From the NCBI GenBank assembly GCA_012295275.1, contig CM022665.1, positions 47,616,001 to 47,680,000 of the forward strand: a stretch of 64,000 nucleotides of DNA, in the 5' to 3' direction. Shown here piece by piece: positions 28,988-43,761 of this stretch. Each line of letters starts with the position of its first letter. Position 1 is the stretch's first letter. Below the pieces are notes generated by a model. The model ran no database searches, was not told the DNA's origin, and saw nothing but the letters and a program-made list of their open reading frames with translations. The DNA is from Chrysomallon squamiferum. Lineage: Eukaryota > Animalia > Mollusca. Both the position numbers and the translations under genes were made by a program.

Positions 28988-29225
28988 CCAGGCATCTAGA
29001 AGATAGTGGATAGCAATATCCTTATACATTGTTTAATGGAAGACAATTTATTGTCAGAAATAGTCACTTTAGCTTTGAACCTTTTAGATTAATAAAATCT
29101 TTAAGATTAATTTTTCTGTTTGGTTATTATCACAACAATACACATGCAAAATCAACTAAAATAAATGGAATCTGCTTTAAATGAATGTAACATAAATAAT
29201 AATGATGATGATGATGATGATGATG

Positions 29226-29263
<38 letters not shown>

Positions 29264-30729
29264 GATGATGATAATGAAAACAATAATAATGATAATAATA
29301 ATAATAATAATAACAACAATAATAACAAGAACTATAATATAATAATAAAAATTGTCTGATGATAACAAGAAACATTCAAAATATCTTCTCGCATTCTCCG
29401 AGCTCCAACTGCTACTGAAATTGTTTATTGTACATAACCTGTTCAGACAATGAAACTCTAAAACTTATTCAGAAAAGATGAAACATTAAACCATTATATA
29501 CATGTACATTTTTGTTAAACTATTTCATTTAATAATGTTACGTTTTCAAAAGATCTATCAAACCTCTCGTACATTTTCTTACATTTTAATCTGAAGACTG
29601 ATTAATGATCGTTTTTCTTTTCTAAAGTATAATCATCTCAGATATTCTTTCATATTAATAATGAATAATTAAGAAAAAAACTATTTTTTTTAATAAACAG
29701 ACGAGGTTTTTACTTAACTTGTAATAAACTGTCAGTGATTTATGATGCAGATTTGACCTTTTCTGAACTGCAAACAATAAATCGTCCAGGAAAATAAGAC
29801 AGCTATGATTACATTTACTGACAAACTCAATGCATTGCTTGTCAAAACAGTCCATATATACACAATTATGTATCCACAGTATCCTTTTGGTAACAATTTT
29901 TTTGTTTGTTTTTATTATTAAATTTTGGCTTCAGTGAAAATATCTTGATCATCTTAATGGGATTTTTTTATCTTTGTATATTTATACAGAAAGTAAATAT
30001 AATTTTATTTATCAATATTCTTGGTGATGGTTAACATTAATCACAAATATGTATTTGTTCAGATTTATTTTAATTCAGGCCAAAATGTTTTATTTATAGC
30101 ACAACTAACATTAACAGCGGGAAAGACAGTGGGAGTTTAAAAAAATTAACGTCTCTATTGTACAAGATAATACATCATCATATTTGCTTAACGATGAACA
30201 AAACAACATCTGTCTGTTCGTCCTTGTTTCACTGAGTATGATTAGAAGGTTTGTTCTGTATTCATTGCATGCTAAAAGACTTTCTACAATGATCTATTGA
30301 CTACTGGCAGGCAAGTTACTCCGAGTTTTCCGTGCATATCCAATTAACTGAATGTTTCTCTTATTACCAAGAATTGCATTTCTCTTCATCTCTTTTAATT
30401 GTCCTTGTACAAAAAAAAAAAAAAAAAAAAAAATGACGCATCAGGTTGTAACATAAACAGTGTAATTAAAGCTGGTAATCTTTTCTTTTCTTAGTTGGTA
30501 ATGTGTTGTAAGAGACTGATGAAAAAGTGACGTTTAGATTATTTAGTAAACAGTTGGGTTTTAGATGATTGTTGTTGTTGTTGTTAAGTAAACAGTTGGG
30601 TTTTTAGTCTCCTGTGGGTGTGTTAGTTAAATAAACAGTAAAATCTAGTGTGTTTGTTATTTTTTTCTCAAAACTTTATGATAGTTTATGATACACTCAA
30701 AAGCAAACTTACCAACTGATTGAAAAACA

Positions 30730-31940
30730 AAATTTGAAATAATTTCACACAGCCAAATCCTGTTTTAAGTATTAATTTTCATGAATTTTCTTTAATTATG
30801 TAAAATGATCTGCTGTTATTAATACAATGTCTAATGTATCAGTAACAATGAGAAAGAAGAAAGAAGAAAGAAAAAAATAGAAAGAAAAAATCGGTCAAGT
30901 ATGTCAGTAATTTTTTTTTTTTTTTTTTCTCTGCATGATTATAAGAATGTTCACTATATGTTGTTTCACAGAGCCCAGATCAGTTTCAGTATTAATTTTT
31001 ATAAACACACAATGTACAGGATCATGTAAAATAATTTGCTGTTAACACAATGTGTAGTATCAGTGAGTACAGTACAAGGAAAGAAGAAAAAAAATAAAAG
31101 ACAAGTAAGTCAGTTTATTTTTTTTTTTCACAATGCTTAAAAGAATGTTCACTATCTCTCATGTTTTAACAAGTCCAGTTTCAGTATTTCATGAACTAAA
31201 AATGTACACAATTGTCAAATAACACAATGTGTAATATATGATGTCAGTGACAATGAAAAAGATGAAAGAAGAAAGAAAAAAAAAGAAGGACAAGTCTGTC
31301 AGTTTATATTCTATGCTCATACTTGTCATGATTTCACACAGTTCCAGTATTTCATGAACTAAAAATGTACAGAATTATGTAAAATAATCTGTTGTTAACA
31401 CAATGTGTAATGTATGATATCAGTGATAATGAGACTACCTGAAAAGATACCTGAAAAGAAAAGAAAAAAAAAAAGGAAGGACATGCTCATAAGAATGTTC
31501 ACTATTTCATGCCAGCATTTTATGAACTAAAAAAAAAAAAAAAAAAAAAAAAATTGTTCTATCAGTTTAAAACTAAAAAAAAAAAAAAAAAATTTTGTGA
31601 TTATAAGAATGTTTACTATTTGTCTTTATTTCTATGCTGATAAGAATGTTCCACTTGCATTTCATGAACTAAAAATATACAGTGATCTGCTGTGTAATGC
31701 ATGGTATTAATGACAACCAGAGACAGACTAGCTGGAAAGAAGGAAGAAAGAAAAAAAAAAAAAGACAAGACAGTTTGTATTCTATGCTGATAAGAATGTT
31801 CACTACTTGTCTTGATTTCACACAGTTCCAGCATTTCATGAACAAAAATATACAGTGACAGACTAGCTGGAAAGAAGGAAGAAAAAAAAAAAAAAAACCA
31901 GGACACGTGCGTCATTCCATTTCTTCCCAGCATGCTCAGG
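30730..31940. repeat. Old degenerate ~180-bp tandem repeat
   Basis: Recurring AAGAATGTTCACTAT and TTTCATGAACTAAAAAT. Confidence 0.75.
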
Positions 31941-32879
31941 AGAATGTTCACTATTTGCCTCTGTGGTCTTGTCACATCAAACACACACACGCAGAGAAGA
32001 GATGAAACCTGCCTCAGACACACAGATGTTTGACATCAGCCGAAGCAGAAACAGTGCCCAGTCTGCCTGTGTTTACATATATGTACATGTCACAGGAGAG
32101 AAAGTCTTGTTCAGCATGACGTCTTCGTCTTCGTCATGTTGTTGTTGTTGTTGTTGTTGAAAGCAATTACAACTCTTCTTCTTCTTCTTCTTCTTCTTCT
32201 TCTTCTTGTTGACATGAATGACTGCCATGTTCTTCCAACACCAGTGTGTGTTTGCAAACCACTGCTGTGATTTGTTTTAATTCCCTCTTCTGATCACAGA
32301 GATTGAAATGTTAATGGATCTGTTTGATGATGAGCAGGCTTTGTGTTCTCAATAAGTATATTCAGCGGATTTTTTTTTTTTTTCTTCTCAATAATATGGT
32401 TTTATTAGATTTACATTCGCATGCATTTTAATCACAACATTATCCAGCGCTTGTGTGTGTTAACCATGCAGAAAAGAAACCAGAGGTGATTTGTTTTTAT
32501 AAAAAATATATAAAAAATAAAAAAATGATTTTTTTTAACATAATAATAGAGGATTAAGACTGAAAATTAGAGTTAGTTTTATGGCATTTTTCAATCAGTT
32601 TTTTTTTCTCTCTCTCCACTGCTAGAAGAAGAACCTCAAAGCTGAAACAGTGATTAGATTTTCCACCAGACTGGAATTTTCTGCCACTGCATACACAAGT
32701 ATGCCCATCCATTCATCTAAAAATTAGAAAATTTTCGTTTCTTTTCATTTCATTAATGATGGGGAAGGAAACAAGGGCAGATCACTTGATTAGAAGTGTA
32801 ATATTACTACAATGCAAACGTTGCAGCAGATGTTTTCAATGTTGACTGCCTTGCTATCCATATGAGAGACAAGTTAATG

Positions 32880-33560
32880 TTTCTTCAAACCTGCAGCCCA
32901 AAACCTGCCTCAAATATGTCCCAAACAAGTGAGTTTTATTTGTTACCCTGTATTCTTCAGCCCAAAAACCTGCCTAAAACATGTCCCAGCTACCTAACAA
33001 CAGCGTGTTTTTATTTGTTAACCTGTATTCTTCAGCCCAAAAACCTGCCTCAAACATGTCCCAGCTATCAACCTAACTGTGCGTTTTATTTGTTAACCTG
33101 TATTCTTCAGCCCAAAAACCTGCCAAAAACATGTCCCAGTTACCAAATAACTGTGCATTTTATTTGTTAACCTGTATTCTTCAGCCCAAAAACCTGCCAA
33201 AAACTGTCCCAGCTACCAAATAACTGTGCATTTTATTTGTTAACCTGTATTCTTCAGCCCAAAAACCTGCCTAAAACATGTCCCAGCTACCTAACAACAG
33301 CGTGTTTTTATTTGTTAACCTGTATTCTTCAGCCCAAAATCCTGCCTCAAACATGTCACAGCTCCTAACTACTGTGCATTTTATTTGTTAATCTGTATTC
33401 TTCAGCCCAAAATCCTGCCTCAAACATGTCACAGCTCCTAACTACTGTGCATTTTATTTGTTAACCTGTATTCTTCAGCCCAAAAACCTGCCTCAAACAT
33501 GTCCCAGCTACCAACCGTATGTTTCAGCTACTAAGAACAGCATGTTTTTATCTGTTAACC
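32880..33560. repeat. ~75-bp minisatellite, about 9 copies
   Basis: TTTTATTTGTTAACCTGTATTCTTCAGCCCAAAAACCTGCC...AAACATGTCCCAGC. Confidence 0.95.
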
Positions 33561-34879
33561 TGCATTTGTCAGAGCATTCACAACCAACAATACTCGTCTC
33601 TCCTTCTCATCATAACTGAGTGCATGCTATGAATTACTTTCCTGCAACATTATGATTAGAAATCAGACTCATGTGTGCTCCACTGGGATCTCTTCAAGAA
33701 TGCATGTCATACGAAGCGTTTGTCTTCTTGGCTAGCAGATGGTGCTGCGCTGTTTTTCGAAAGAATATTTTGGCTTTGGCTTTGGCTGCTATTGAATACA
33801 TCTTTTATTAGACCAGACTTGTGAATGCCAGGAAATGTGCTGCGGCTCTGCCAAATATATCCATTAGCACTGCGTATGAAAACAGACATCGGCTACACAC
33901 ACACACACACACTAGTTGATTTTAACACAAAAGTGGAATAATATAATAATAAGAAGATCTCCTGTATGTTGTGTTGTACAAAATTCGTTTCCATTTTAAA
34001 GTAAAATTTAATTCTTAATTCTGAATATAATAAAAAAAATGAAAAAAGAAACAATGATGAAAGGTTTACTGTCTGTCACTGAATGAAAGCAGACAAAAAA
34101 TTTGTTTATAGGAAACAGAGGTTGCAGTTTAAAGGTGTCAAGATATGTGCAGTTTCACAATGAATTTTTTTGTTGTCTCTCTTTCTTTTTAATGCCATTT
34201 TTATTTTAATTATTATTTTATTTTTATATTGTTATTTAAATTTTAAAATCTTCTACACATTAAAAGTAGATTAAACTGTAAGTAATATCATTTCATCAAA
34301 CAGTTATTATAATATACATGATTATGCAAAATTAGAAAATGATTAATAAATGTCAGAATCGTAGGTGTTCAATTTATAAATATTTCTGTATATATTACAT
34401 TAAAAAAACAGAAAAAGAAAAATACATTTTTATAGCCATTAACACAATAATATCATTACCACTGGCGTAAGCAGATCAGTTTTAATTTTAGTTTAATGTT
34501 TCAAATGTTTCACTGTAACAACGGTTACTGAATTGGAACAAAGGTTTGTCGCTGTTTTCAAACGTGGTGTCTGAGCATGTGATTTTGTTTCACACATCAC
34601 TGAAATATATGACATAAACAGATAGTCTGAAATGTGAACAAAATGACAGGTATGAAGCTGAATAAATCTGTGTATAACTAGCTGAACACTGTCTTTGATA
34701 TTTCACTTTAAAAAACATTGTGAACTTTCGCTCCAATCCAAATGTTATGTGTACATGAATGGTGGTTAATTAAAGATTTGATAATAAATAACTGCATCTT
34801 TCTGTTTACTATACAACAAGTCTGTAAGTCTGGTATATAAAATCAAACTACATACTTAATCCTCATAATTAATAACTGT

Positions 34880-34955
34880 TACACCAAAAGTAGTGGTATG
34901 TGCTGTCCTAACCATGGAAGAAGATTATAAAGAAGATACCTCTTATGCTAATAGA
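34880..34955 (+). mobile_element. SINE core fragment
   Basis: GTGGTATGTGCTGTCCT...AGATACCTCTTATGCTAATAGAAAA. Confidence 0.45.
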
Positions 34956-35172
34956 AAATAAACTAAAAATTATATTTTTGTTTACTAAATTTTTTTAGAA
35001 GAATATAATAAGTACATAAATAAAACAAAACAAAAAACTAAATAAATAAGAAAGAAAGAAAGCATATTGGTGGCGGAAGACCAAATATGTAATTTGGAAG
35101 ACCAAATGTGTGCTGTAGTAATGTCTTTGAATAAAACAAAATGTCACTTTTTCTTCTGTCTTTCTCTCACAT

Positions 35173-35228
<56 letters not shown>

Positions 35229-35494
35229 ACACCCACCCACACACACAATCTAAATACAGTTAACCACACAAAGACTGATGCTAGATAAAACTGGACGGTG
35301 TTATTGATTACACATAAATTAACAGAGCGGATTATCTTGGTTCTTATCAAAGACGTGTCAGTGCTGACAACACAGCCATCTCCTGTTCCGTGTTACTCAA
35401 TGTGTATTAGCTTTATTGCAGTTTTCACCCAGGTCACTGTCAGAATTCAATTAGTATCATTACGTTTCTCTTTGTGGGGGCCTTTAGCATTTAC

Positions 35495-35880
35495 GTGTGT
35501 CTGTGAATAATATAATTGTAATGAGAAATAATTTTAAAATAATATATTTTAATAAAATTTATGTTCTCTTAGTATTTATGTGCATCTGTGAATAATATAA
35601 TTGTAATGAGAAATAATTTTAAAATAATATATTTTAATAAAATTTATGTTCTCTTAGTATTTATGTGCATTGGTGAATAATATAATTATAATGAGAAATA
35701 ATTTTAAAAATAATATTAAAAAAAAAATTATGTTCTCTTAGTGTTTATGTGCATCTGTGAATTATATAATTGTAATGAGAAATAATTTTAAAATAGTATT
35801 TGAAAAAAAAATGTATGTTCTCTTAGTATTTATGTGCATCTGTAAATAATATAATTATAATGAGAAATAATATTTAAAAA
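35495..35880. repeat. ~85-bp tandem repeat x4-5
   Basis: ATGTTCTCTTAGTATTTATGTGCATCTGTGAATAATATAATTGTAATGAGAAATAAT. Confidence 0.92.
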
Positions 35881-35954
35881 AAATAATAATAAAAAAAAAA
35901 AATTGCGTTATGTTCCAAAATCATTTGGGTGTGAATGTGTGTATCAACATTATA

Positions 35955-35986
<32 letters not shown>

Positions 35987-36329
35987 TAATAATAACAATA
36001 ACAAAAAAAAAACATCAACAGAAAAACAAAAACATAGTAACTGAAAAAACAAAATATTATATAAAAAAAAATTGCAATAAACCAAAAACCTGATCATTAC
36101 TTAAGAGTGTTTAAAATCTGCTATATGAATTTTTTCTCATTCATACATTCACAGTGTTTTGGTTAGTTAAACCAGAACACACTACAAACATGAGCCACTC
36201 ACACACTTGGTGTTTTTCCAGTTTGTTACGAACTAACAGAGTTAAACAGGCTCCAAAAACAAAATAAAACATCACACAACCTGTTACTGAGATTAAAGCT
36301 ATTAAAGAGTGTTAAAAGCAGAATACCTA

Positions 36330-36360
<31 letters not shown>

Positions 36361-37147
36361 TACATACACACATTATAAAACAGGCTCCTCGGCAAGACAT
36401 CAATCTACAACTTGAACAGGCAGAGCTGTTCATGCAGGCACACTCTCTTAATCTCACACACCACACTTGTTATACAATTAATTAAACGCTTCTCACTTTA
36501 ACAAACATTTAAGATAGACGCATTATTAAATTTTATATATTTACACAATTACACTGAAGCAGCAGTCTGGACTGCATCAAAGCTTCACACACACATTTCA
36601 TCATTATCTCCATAAACAAACAAACAAACAAACGCATTCATCTTTGAATTATGGATTATTGTAATTATTTCTGTGCCGACGTTTTTAAACCGGTTGCTTC
36701 GGTAATTTTTTTGTTTTCTCCAATTAACCGATGGTTTTATGTCCAAAGGAGATTTCATTGTGTGTGCTAAAACCACAAGGTCGTCATCATCGTCATTACA
36801 CTAAGTGTTGTGACGCACACACACACCCGCCAACTGATGAAGACAAACAGACTTTCAATCAGTTCGGCCAAATAAGGGGGGAAAGTCAATAAATAATAAG
36901 TCAATACATAATCAACCAATGAGTATCTTCAATTCAAGAGCCTCTTCTCTGAGAAAAACTTGTCTAACTGCTCATAGTTACATTCAGTCTTACCGACAAT
37001 ACATATACACAACTGTGTAATAATAAATTCTTCTGAATATGAACAGTGTAAATCAATATCTCTCCTTTTCCCTCTCTCCCTCCCTCTTCCTGTCTCTCTA
37101 CCTCTGCCTCCCTCTCTTTCTCTCTTTCTCTGTCTCTCTCTACCTCT

Positions 37148-37238
<91 letters not shown>

Positions 37239-37661
37239 ACATCTCTCTCTCTACATCTCTCAGTGAGCTACAGATTAGTTGAAGTGTTCATGCTTTGGTC
37301 TCTAAAGCTGTAAACAACTTATGTTTGATGCTTCTCCGAGTCCATTTCAAAGTCATTAGTAATTATCAAATTAGATTCCTATAGCTAGCTAGTCAAAAGT
37401 TACATTTGGACTATCCCTGAATCCTTGGCATATTTATTGACAAAAAAATCAAAAAGAAAAGAAGAAAAAAGTCAAGTATTAGTGTCTACTAAATGTCAAG
37501 GTTTTCAGTTATAACCTTCTATCCTCCAGTTTTGAGAATGGCTCATGAACTGTGAATAAAAAGTCACAGCATGAGCTTTTCTCTGGGAAGGTGGATATAA
37601 AGATTTACTTGTTGCTAATAATATACAAAATAGCAGTAATTATTATTTTTTTTTTTTTTTT

Positions 37662-37729
<68 letters not shown>

Positions 37730-37796
37730 TAAACATTTCATATCACAAATACATGAAAACCCAATTCATTCATCCTCATCTGTTTTCCTTCCACCA

Positions 37797-37866
<70 letters not shown>

Positions 37867-38269
37867 CATAATCCCCCCCGCATTATCATATTTATTCACT
37901 TCCATTCGACATCACTAAATTATTAACAGAATATGTTACCGTATTGAAAGATGGGTTCTGCTGTACAAGCAACCCTGTGCGTGATGAATGCGCAATCGAT
38001 AACCAGCCACGTTGAGAAATGACAAACTCAAAACGTTTGTGCAAACAGAACGCTGACAGACGACGTCTGTGTCGCCTCAGATCGTTGCTTTATTAGCGGC
38101 TGTTTGTAACTTGTGTTCAACTTTGATCTGATGTTTCAGAGAGAGGGTAAAAAAACAACAAAAAAAAAAAAAAAAACTTGTCACTACAGAACAAAGAATA
38201 ATGCAGAATCATCCACCATTTTATTTCAGATTTGACTAGTCAGATGCATCCTGAAATGTGGATCAATGC

Positions 38270-38900
38270 TTACTAGTCAGTTTATAGGAGATTTATATGA
38301 AACATGACCAATCCTTACTAGTCAGGATGTAGGAGATGTATGTGAGACATGACTGATCCTTACTAGTCAGGATGTAGGAGATGTATGTGAGACATGACCG
38401 ATCCTTACTAGTCAGGATATAGGAGATGTATGTGAACATGACTGATCCTTACTAGTCAGGATGTAGGAGATGTATGTGAGACATGACCGATCCTTACTAG
38501 TCAGGATATAGGAGATGTATGTGAGACATGACTGATCCTTACTAGTCAAGATGTAGGAGATGTATGTGAGACATGACCGATCCTTACTAGTCAGGATATA
38601 GGAGATGTGTAAGAGATATGACCGATCCTTACTAGTCAGGATATAGGAAATGTATATGAGACATGACTGATCCTTACTAGTCAGGATATAGATATATATG
38701 AGACAAGAATGATCCTTACTAGTCAGAATGTAGGAAATGTGTATGAGACATGACTGATCCTTACTAGTCAGGATGTAGGAGATGTGTATGAGACATGACT
38801 GATCCTTACTAGTCAGGATGTAGGAGATGTATATGAGACATGACCGATCCTTACTAGTCAGGATATAGAAGGTCTGTGAGACATGATCATTCCTTACTAT
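38270..38900. repeat. 45-bp minisatellite with a palindromic core, about 14 copies
   Basis: GATCCTTACTAGTCAGGATGTAGGAGATGTATGTGAGACATGAC. Confidence 0.95.
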
Positions 38901-38929
38901 TTCCACTAGGGAAAACTTCTTGTCATCAC

Positions 38930-39000
38930 ATCAAAGATCCCTTGCTGCTGTTAAAAGCAGTTCATGATACAGCTGCAGCAAGTTTTCTTTTTCTTGCCAC
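38930..39000 (+). mobile_element. SINE core fragment
   Basis: AAAGATCCCTTGCTGCT...GCAGCAAGTTTTCT. Confidence 0.4.
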
Positions 39001-39200
39001 TGTTAAGATCAGTCTTATATCCGTTAATATTTGGACGTATTTGAGAGGCTTTGTTAAAATTTCTTAAGATGTTACCAACAATTAGTTAAGGTGCTTTTTG
39101 GATATTTTTGCCATATGATATATATATTTTTTTAAATTACACACACACACACACAGTATTTCAGGGTTATTATATATGTATATTTATTTATTTATAATTC

Positions 39201-39234
<34 letters not shown>

Positions 39235-40904
39235 TTTATCAACTTCGTCAATCAATTAATCAATAACAAATACTTCTCACAATCCTATACTGTCGTATCA
39301 TCTCATTCAAGCCAGCCAAAACCAGCGACTACGTATCTTTTATACAGGCAGTTTCTCAGGCACAACTGGTTGTAATCAAATGGAACTGTCACAATATGAT
39401 GGATCAATCGAACAGTCTAGCAAAAAAAAAAAAAAAAAAAAAAAAACACCGAACCACATTACTGTGCTCTGTCCCAACATGTTAAAGGATTACACCAAAT
39501 AGCGATACAGCAAACAGACCTTTTAAGAGATCAATATCCATGACATTTCTGAAGCACAATTACAGTGACGTTTCTCCGAGGAGGAATATGTCGTAGTACT
39601 GAAGATCATTATTTTCTGTGTCATTTCCACCCTCAAACCACACCGACATCAAATAAATTTCATAAGCCACTTTTAAAAGTAAAAAAAAAATATAATAATA
39701 ATAATAATAATAAACAAAAAAAAAAAAAAATAAAAAATGTTAAGCTCGTTGAGATCCTTTATAAAATATTACATATATTTGCTATTCACTACTGTAAGCA
39801 ACGTACAATGCAAATTGATTGTTATCTGTTTTTTTTCACCCAGTGGGGGTTACAAGCACAGTAGGTAAATGATGTCTGCTACTTTACATGTTTCTTGTTC
39901 AGACCGGTGCCAAGTAACATGGTTTATCAGAGGTCACTGAATGCACTTTACAGCAGGAAGGTAAAAGAAAAAGAAATCATTAAAGAAATGTGTCATTACC
40001 ATTTTAGCCAGTTGTTTTTTTTGTTTTTTTTCCAAGATCATGGTAGGTGTTTTCCTAACCATGGGTAGGTGTACATTAAAAAAATTCTTGTGGTTTGTTT
40101 TGAGTGACAAAAACATGTTGTTAATATATAAATGTGTCAGAGCACTGCTAAACAAATTTTCATTCATCACTTTCAGTTAGTTAAATAAAAAAAAAAAAAA
40201 AAGGATAAAAAAAGAAAGAAAGAAAGAAAGAAGACTTGTAATCTCATAAATATGTCAAAAATCAAGTTAGCTACAAAGAAGCAAAAAAAATTTTTAAAAA
40301 ATTTTAAAAATAAAAATAAAACAATAAAACAAATACTGACTGATTCACCAATACTTATAAAACTTATTTTTAGCTTCTGTTTGTTCTGTTTTCAACCCCC
40401 CCCACCCACACACCCACACACACTCTCTGGTTATGACATCAACTGGCAGCGCTATCAATAGATAATTAGACAAGCAACGTTTTTCATGAAGAGTGTCATT
40501 GATTTCGCCGCTGCATCCCCGGCTATTTTCATATCACATGGCAATGGCGATAAGTCTTCTTCCAAGCCACAGTCAATCCAGATGATTGATCAATTTAATC
40601 AACTTCCGAGTTAGCGGCACGCATGCCATTTACCCCCTCAAAAACAACAAAAGCTTTCTGGACACTTGCAGGAGAGAGAAATGGGCATCAGGTTGGGTTT
40701 TAAATAATGTGCAGGACGACCAACCAATGGACTGGCTCTGAAAACACTGGACTGGCTCTGAAAACTCTGGCCCACTGCTCAGCGTCTGATTACTTGAATT
40801 AATTACATCATCTGCCTTCCCATGCAGCAAGGGTCGTACTGTTTTAGTGCTCAAGCCCTTGGTGATGTATTCAGTTAAAATTGTTATTGTTATTATTATT
40901 ATTA

Positions 40905-40936
<32 letters not shown>

Positions 40937-40949
40937 AATAATAATTTTG

Positions 40950-41620
40950 TAAATATCATATTCACACATAGCATATGATCATACAGGTAGACACTATAGA
41001 AGGTGATTATAACTTCAATTAAAATTATTTAGTTTTTTATTATAAATAATTTCTGAAATATCATACATACACACAGTATATGAAGAAAAAAAAAAAAGAG
41101 AAAAAATCATAGAGGTAGACACTATAGAAGGTGATTATAACTTCAATTAAAATTATTTAGTTTTTTATTGTAAATAATTTCTGATATATCATACATACAT
41201 ACAGTATATGAAGAAAAAAAAAATGAGAAAAAAATCATGGAGGTAGACACTGTGGTGATGAAGGCGGTTGTAAATTAAATTAAAATTATTATTTTTATTT
41301 TTTACAGTAATTTCTGAAATATCATATACACACACAGTGTATGAAAAAATAAAATCACAGAAAAAAAAAGAAAAAATCACAGAGGTAGACACGATAGGGA
41401 TGAAGCTGGTTATAAATTTTTTTTTTAAATTATTTTTTTTCCTTTTACATTAATTTCTGAAATACATACCCATACAGTAATTGAAAAAACAAAATCACTT
41501 AGGTAGACACTATATACATGAAGCTGGTTATAAATTCAATTAAAATTAATTTTTTTTATACAATAATAATTTTGGAAATATCATGTGTACACAAAATATT
41601 TGAAAAAAAAAATCAATAAA
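40950..41620. repeat. ~130-bp tandem repeat x5
   Basis: AGGTAGACAC...AATTTCTGAAATATCAT repeated. Confidence 0.85.
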
Positions 41621-42049
41621 AAAACTACATGGATGAAACTACTTATAGCTGGAAATTAATAAATGAAGATAATAACAATTTCATTTAATATCTTACACAC
41701 ATCAGATGATTTAGTTACGTCTGTTATCAAAGTTAGTAAGTACCAGATATATGTGCAGTTTATTAAATACAAAACCAGCAAATACTGTTATAATTCATCA
41801 GTATTTCATAAACTAAAACATCATTTGATACAAAAGAAAAAAGCTTCTTTTTTTTTTTTTTTTTACAAATATTAATTTGTTGGTAAAACTGAAACACAAA
41901 ATGTCAGGCTATTATTGTTGACAAACTTTAAACCGAATGAAATCCAAACCCATCTGTATTAAGCATGTTATCTGAATAAAATCACTATTAATCACAAAAA
42001 TTAATACTACAGCATCAGAGAGAAAGAGACAGAGACAGAGGAAATGTTT

Positions 42050-42150
42050 TCACAGCATCCTGTAATCCATGCAAGAGATTGTTTAAATGCTCCAGTGTAT
42101 TGTATCAGTCGTGGCTCACTGGGCTGAATTGGGGGAATCACTGAATGGAT
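42050..42150 (-). mobile_element. SINE core fragment
   Basis: Minus strand TTCAGCCCAGTGAGCCACGACTGATAC matches the core start seen in the other copies. Confidence 0.45.
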
Positions 42151-42272
42151 GGATGCAAAGACAACTGTTTCTGAAATTTCTAATAATACTGTTATAATTT
42201 ATCAGTATTTCAGACATAAGTTAAAACATCATTTGATACAAAATATTTTTTTTATATATATACGTATATGTG

Positions 42273-42323
<51 letters not shown>

Positions 42324-42424
42324 GTATATATTTGTGTATATATATATATATATATATATGTGTATGTATATATAAATGATTTAATCCAGAAAAACTCATA
42401 ATAAATATATATGTGTGTGTATAC

Positions 42425-42457
<33 letters not shown>

Positions 42458-42789
42458 TATTTATTATCAGTTTTTTTGGATTAAATATCCTTATCAAAAG
42501 ATTAGAAACTTAATAATAGACTTCAAAGATTTCTTTGTTATTTTCAATTTAATTTTTATTTAAATTTTATGGGTGTTTTTTTTTTTTTTTTGTCTCTGAA
42601 GAAACAAACATCAATCTTGTCTTTAACGTACTGAGGTTTTTCTTCCATTAAACTTTTGATCGTCTTGAAATGTCATCCTGTCAAAGACTGGGGTGACTGG
42701 CTCTGTGATGGATGTCTGTTTTAATTAAATAACCCATCAGCCGTCGCTGTTTGTTGTTAACTGAGACGCCCACGCAATCAACAACCGCA

Positions 42790-43200
42790 CATGTTTAGAA
42801 ATAATTAATATTTAGCAACCTAATGAAAAGAAACTTCGGTTCTGACAAATATAATTATGAAACAAACCCAAAATAAAATATGGGAATTTTTTAAACACAC
42901 ACACACACACACATACATAAATATGAAATAATGTTTAGAAATAATTAATATTTAGCAACCTAATGAAAAGTAACTTCAGTTCTGACTAATGTTTTATGAA
43001 ATAAAACAAAATAAATAATGGGATTTTCTTAAAAACACACACACACACACATATATATGAAATAATGTTTAGAAATAATTAATGGTTAGCAACCTAATGA
43101 AAAGAAACTTCAGTTCTGACAAATATTTCACAAAACAAAACAAAATAAAATATGGGAATTAACTAACACACACACACACACACACACACACATGAAATAA
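42790..43200. repeat. ~135-bp tandem repeat x3
   Basis: ATGTTTAGAAATAATTAAT...TAGCAACCTAATGAAAAG...(CA)n. Confidence 0.9.
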
Positions 43201-43369
43201 TTTTAAAAAATGTTAAATTTCAATGCAATTTACATTTATTATATAACTTTAAAAAAAATTCTCATGTATTTTTGTTTTCTTCCTTTTAAAAAAAATTTTT
43301 TTTTACCTATTGATCAATAAATGTATTGCTGGATTAACATCTAACTGATTTTAATATTAAAAAGTATGT

Positions 43370-43585
43370 CAGAAATACTGCATGATGAAATAAAAGAGAG
43401 GAGTTTTGTATATCCATTTGTCCATTTTCCCTACAGACACGAAAGCAGACACCTCTGTTTTTTGTTATCCTGTCTGGAACAGGACTAAGGCCAATAAAAC
43501 AAAATAATAAAGAAAAAAGAGTGAAGCAAATTGATTCAGCATCAACAGGCAGCAACTTCATCACTGAGCTATATAATCCCCATAC
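43370..43585 (-). mobile_element. SINE copy with tRNA-like head
   Basis: Minus strand GGGGATTATATAGCTCAGTGATG (A-box-like), then CCTGTTCCAGACAG...GTGTCTGTAGGGAAAATGG. Confidence 0.5.
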
Positions 43586-43638
43586 ACACACTGATCAAAC
43601 AAAGCAATCATCATGATTAAAACAAAAAGAAAGAAAGG

Positions 43639-43673
<35 letters not shown>

Positions 43674-43723
43674 AAAAAAGAAAAAAGAAAGAAAGAAAGA
43701 AAGCAAGAGAGAGAGAGAAAAAG

Positions 43724-43761
<38 letters not shown>

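Noticed and set aside
43555-43585. tRNA gene suggested by TAGCTCAGTG
   Set aside because: No cloverleaf or intact B box. It is better explained as a decayed SINE head.
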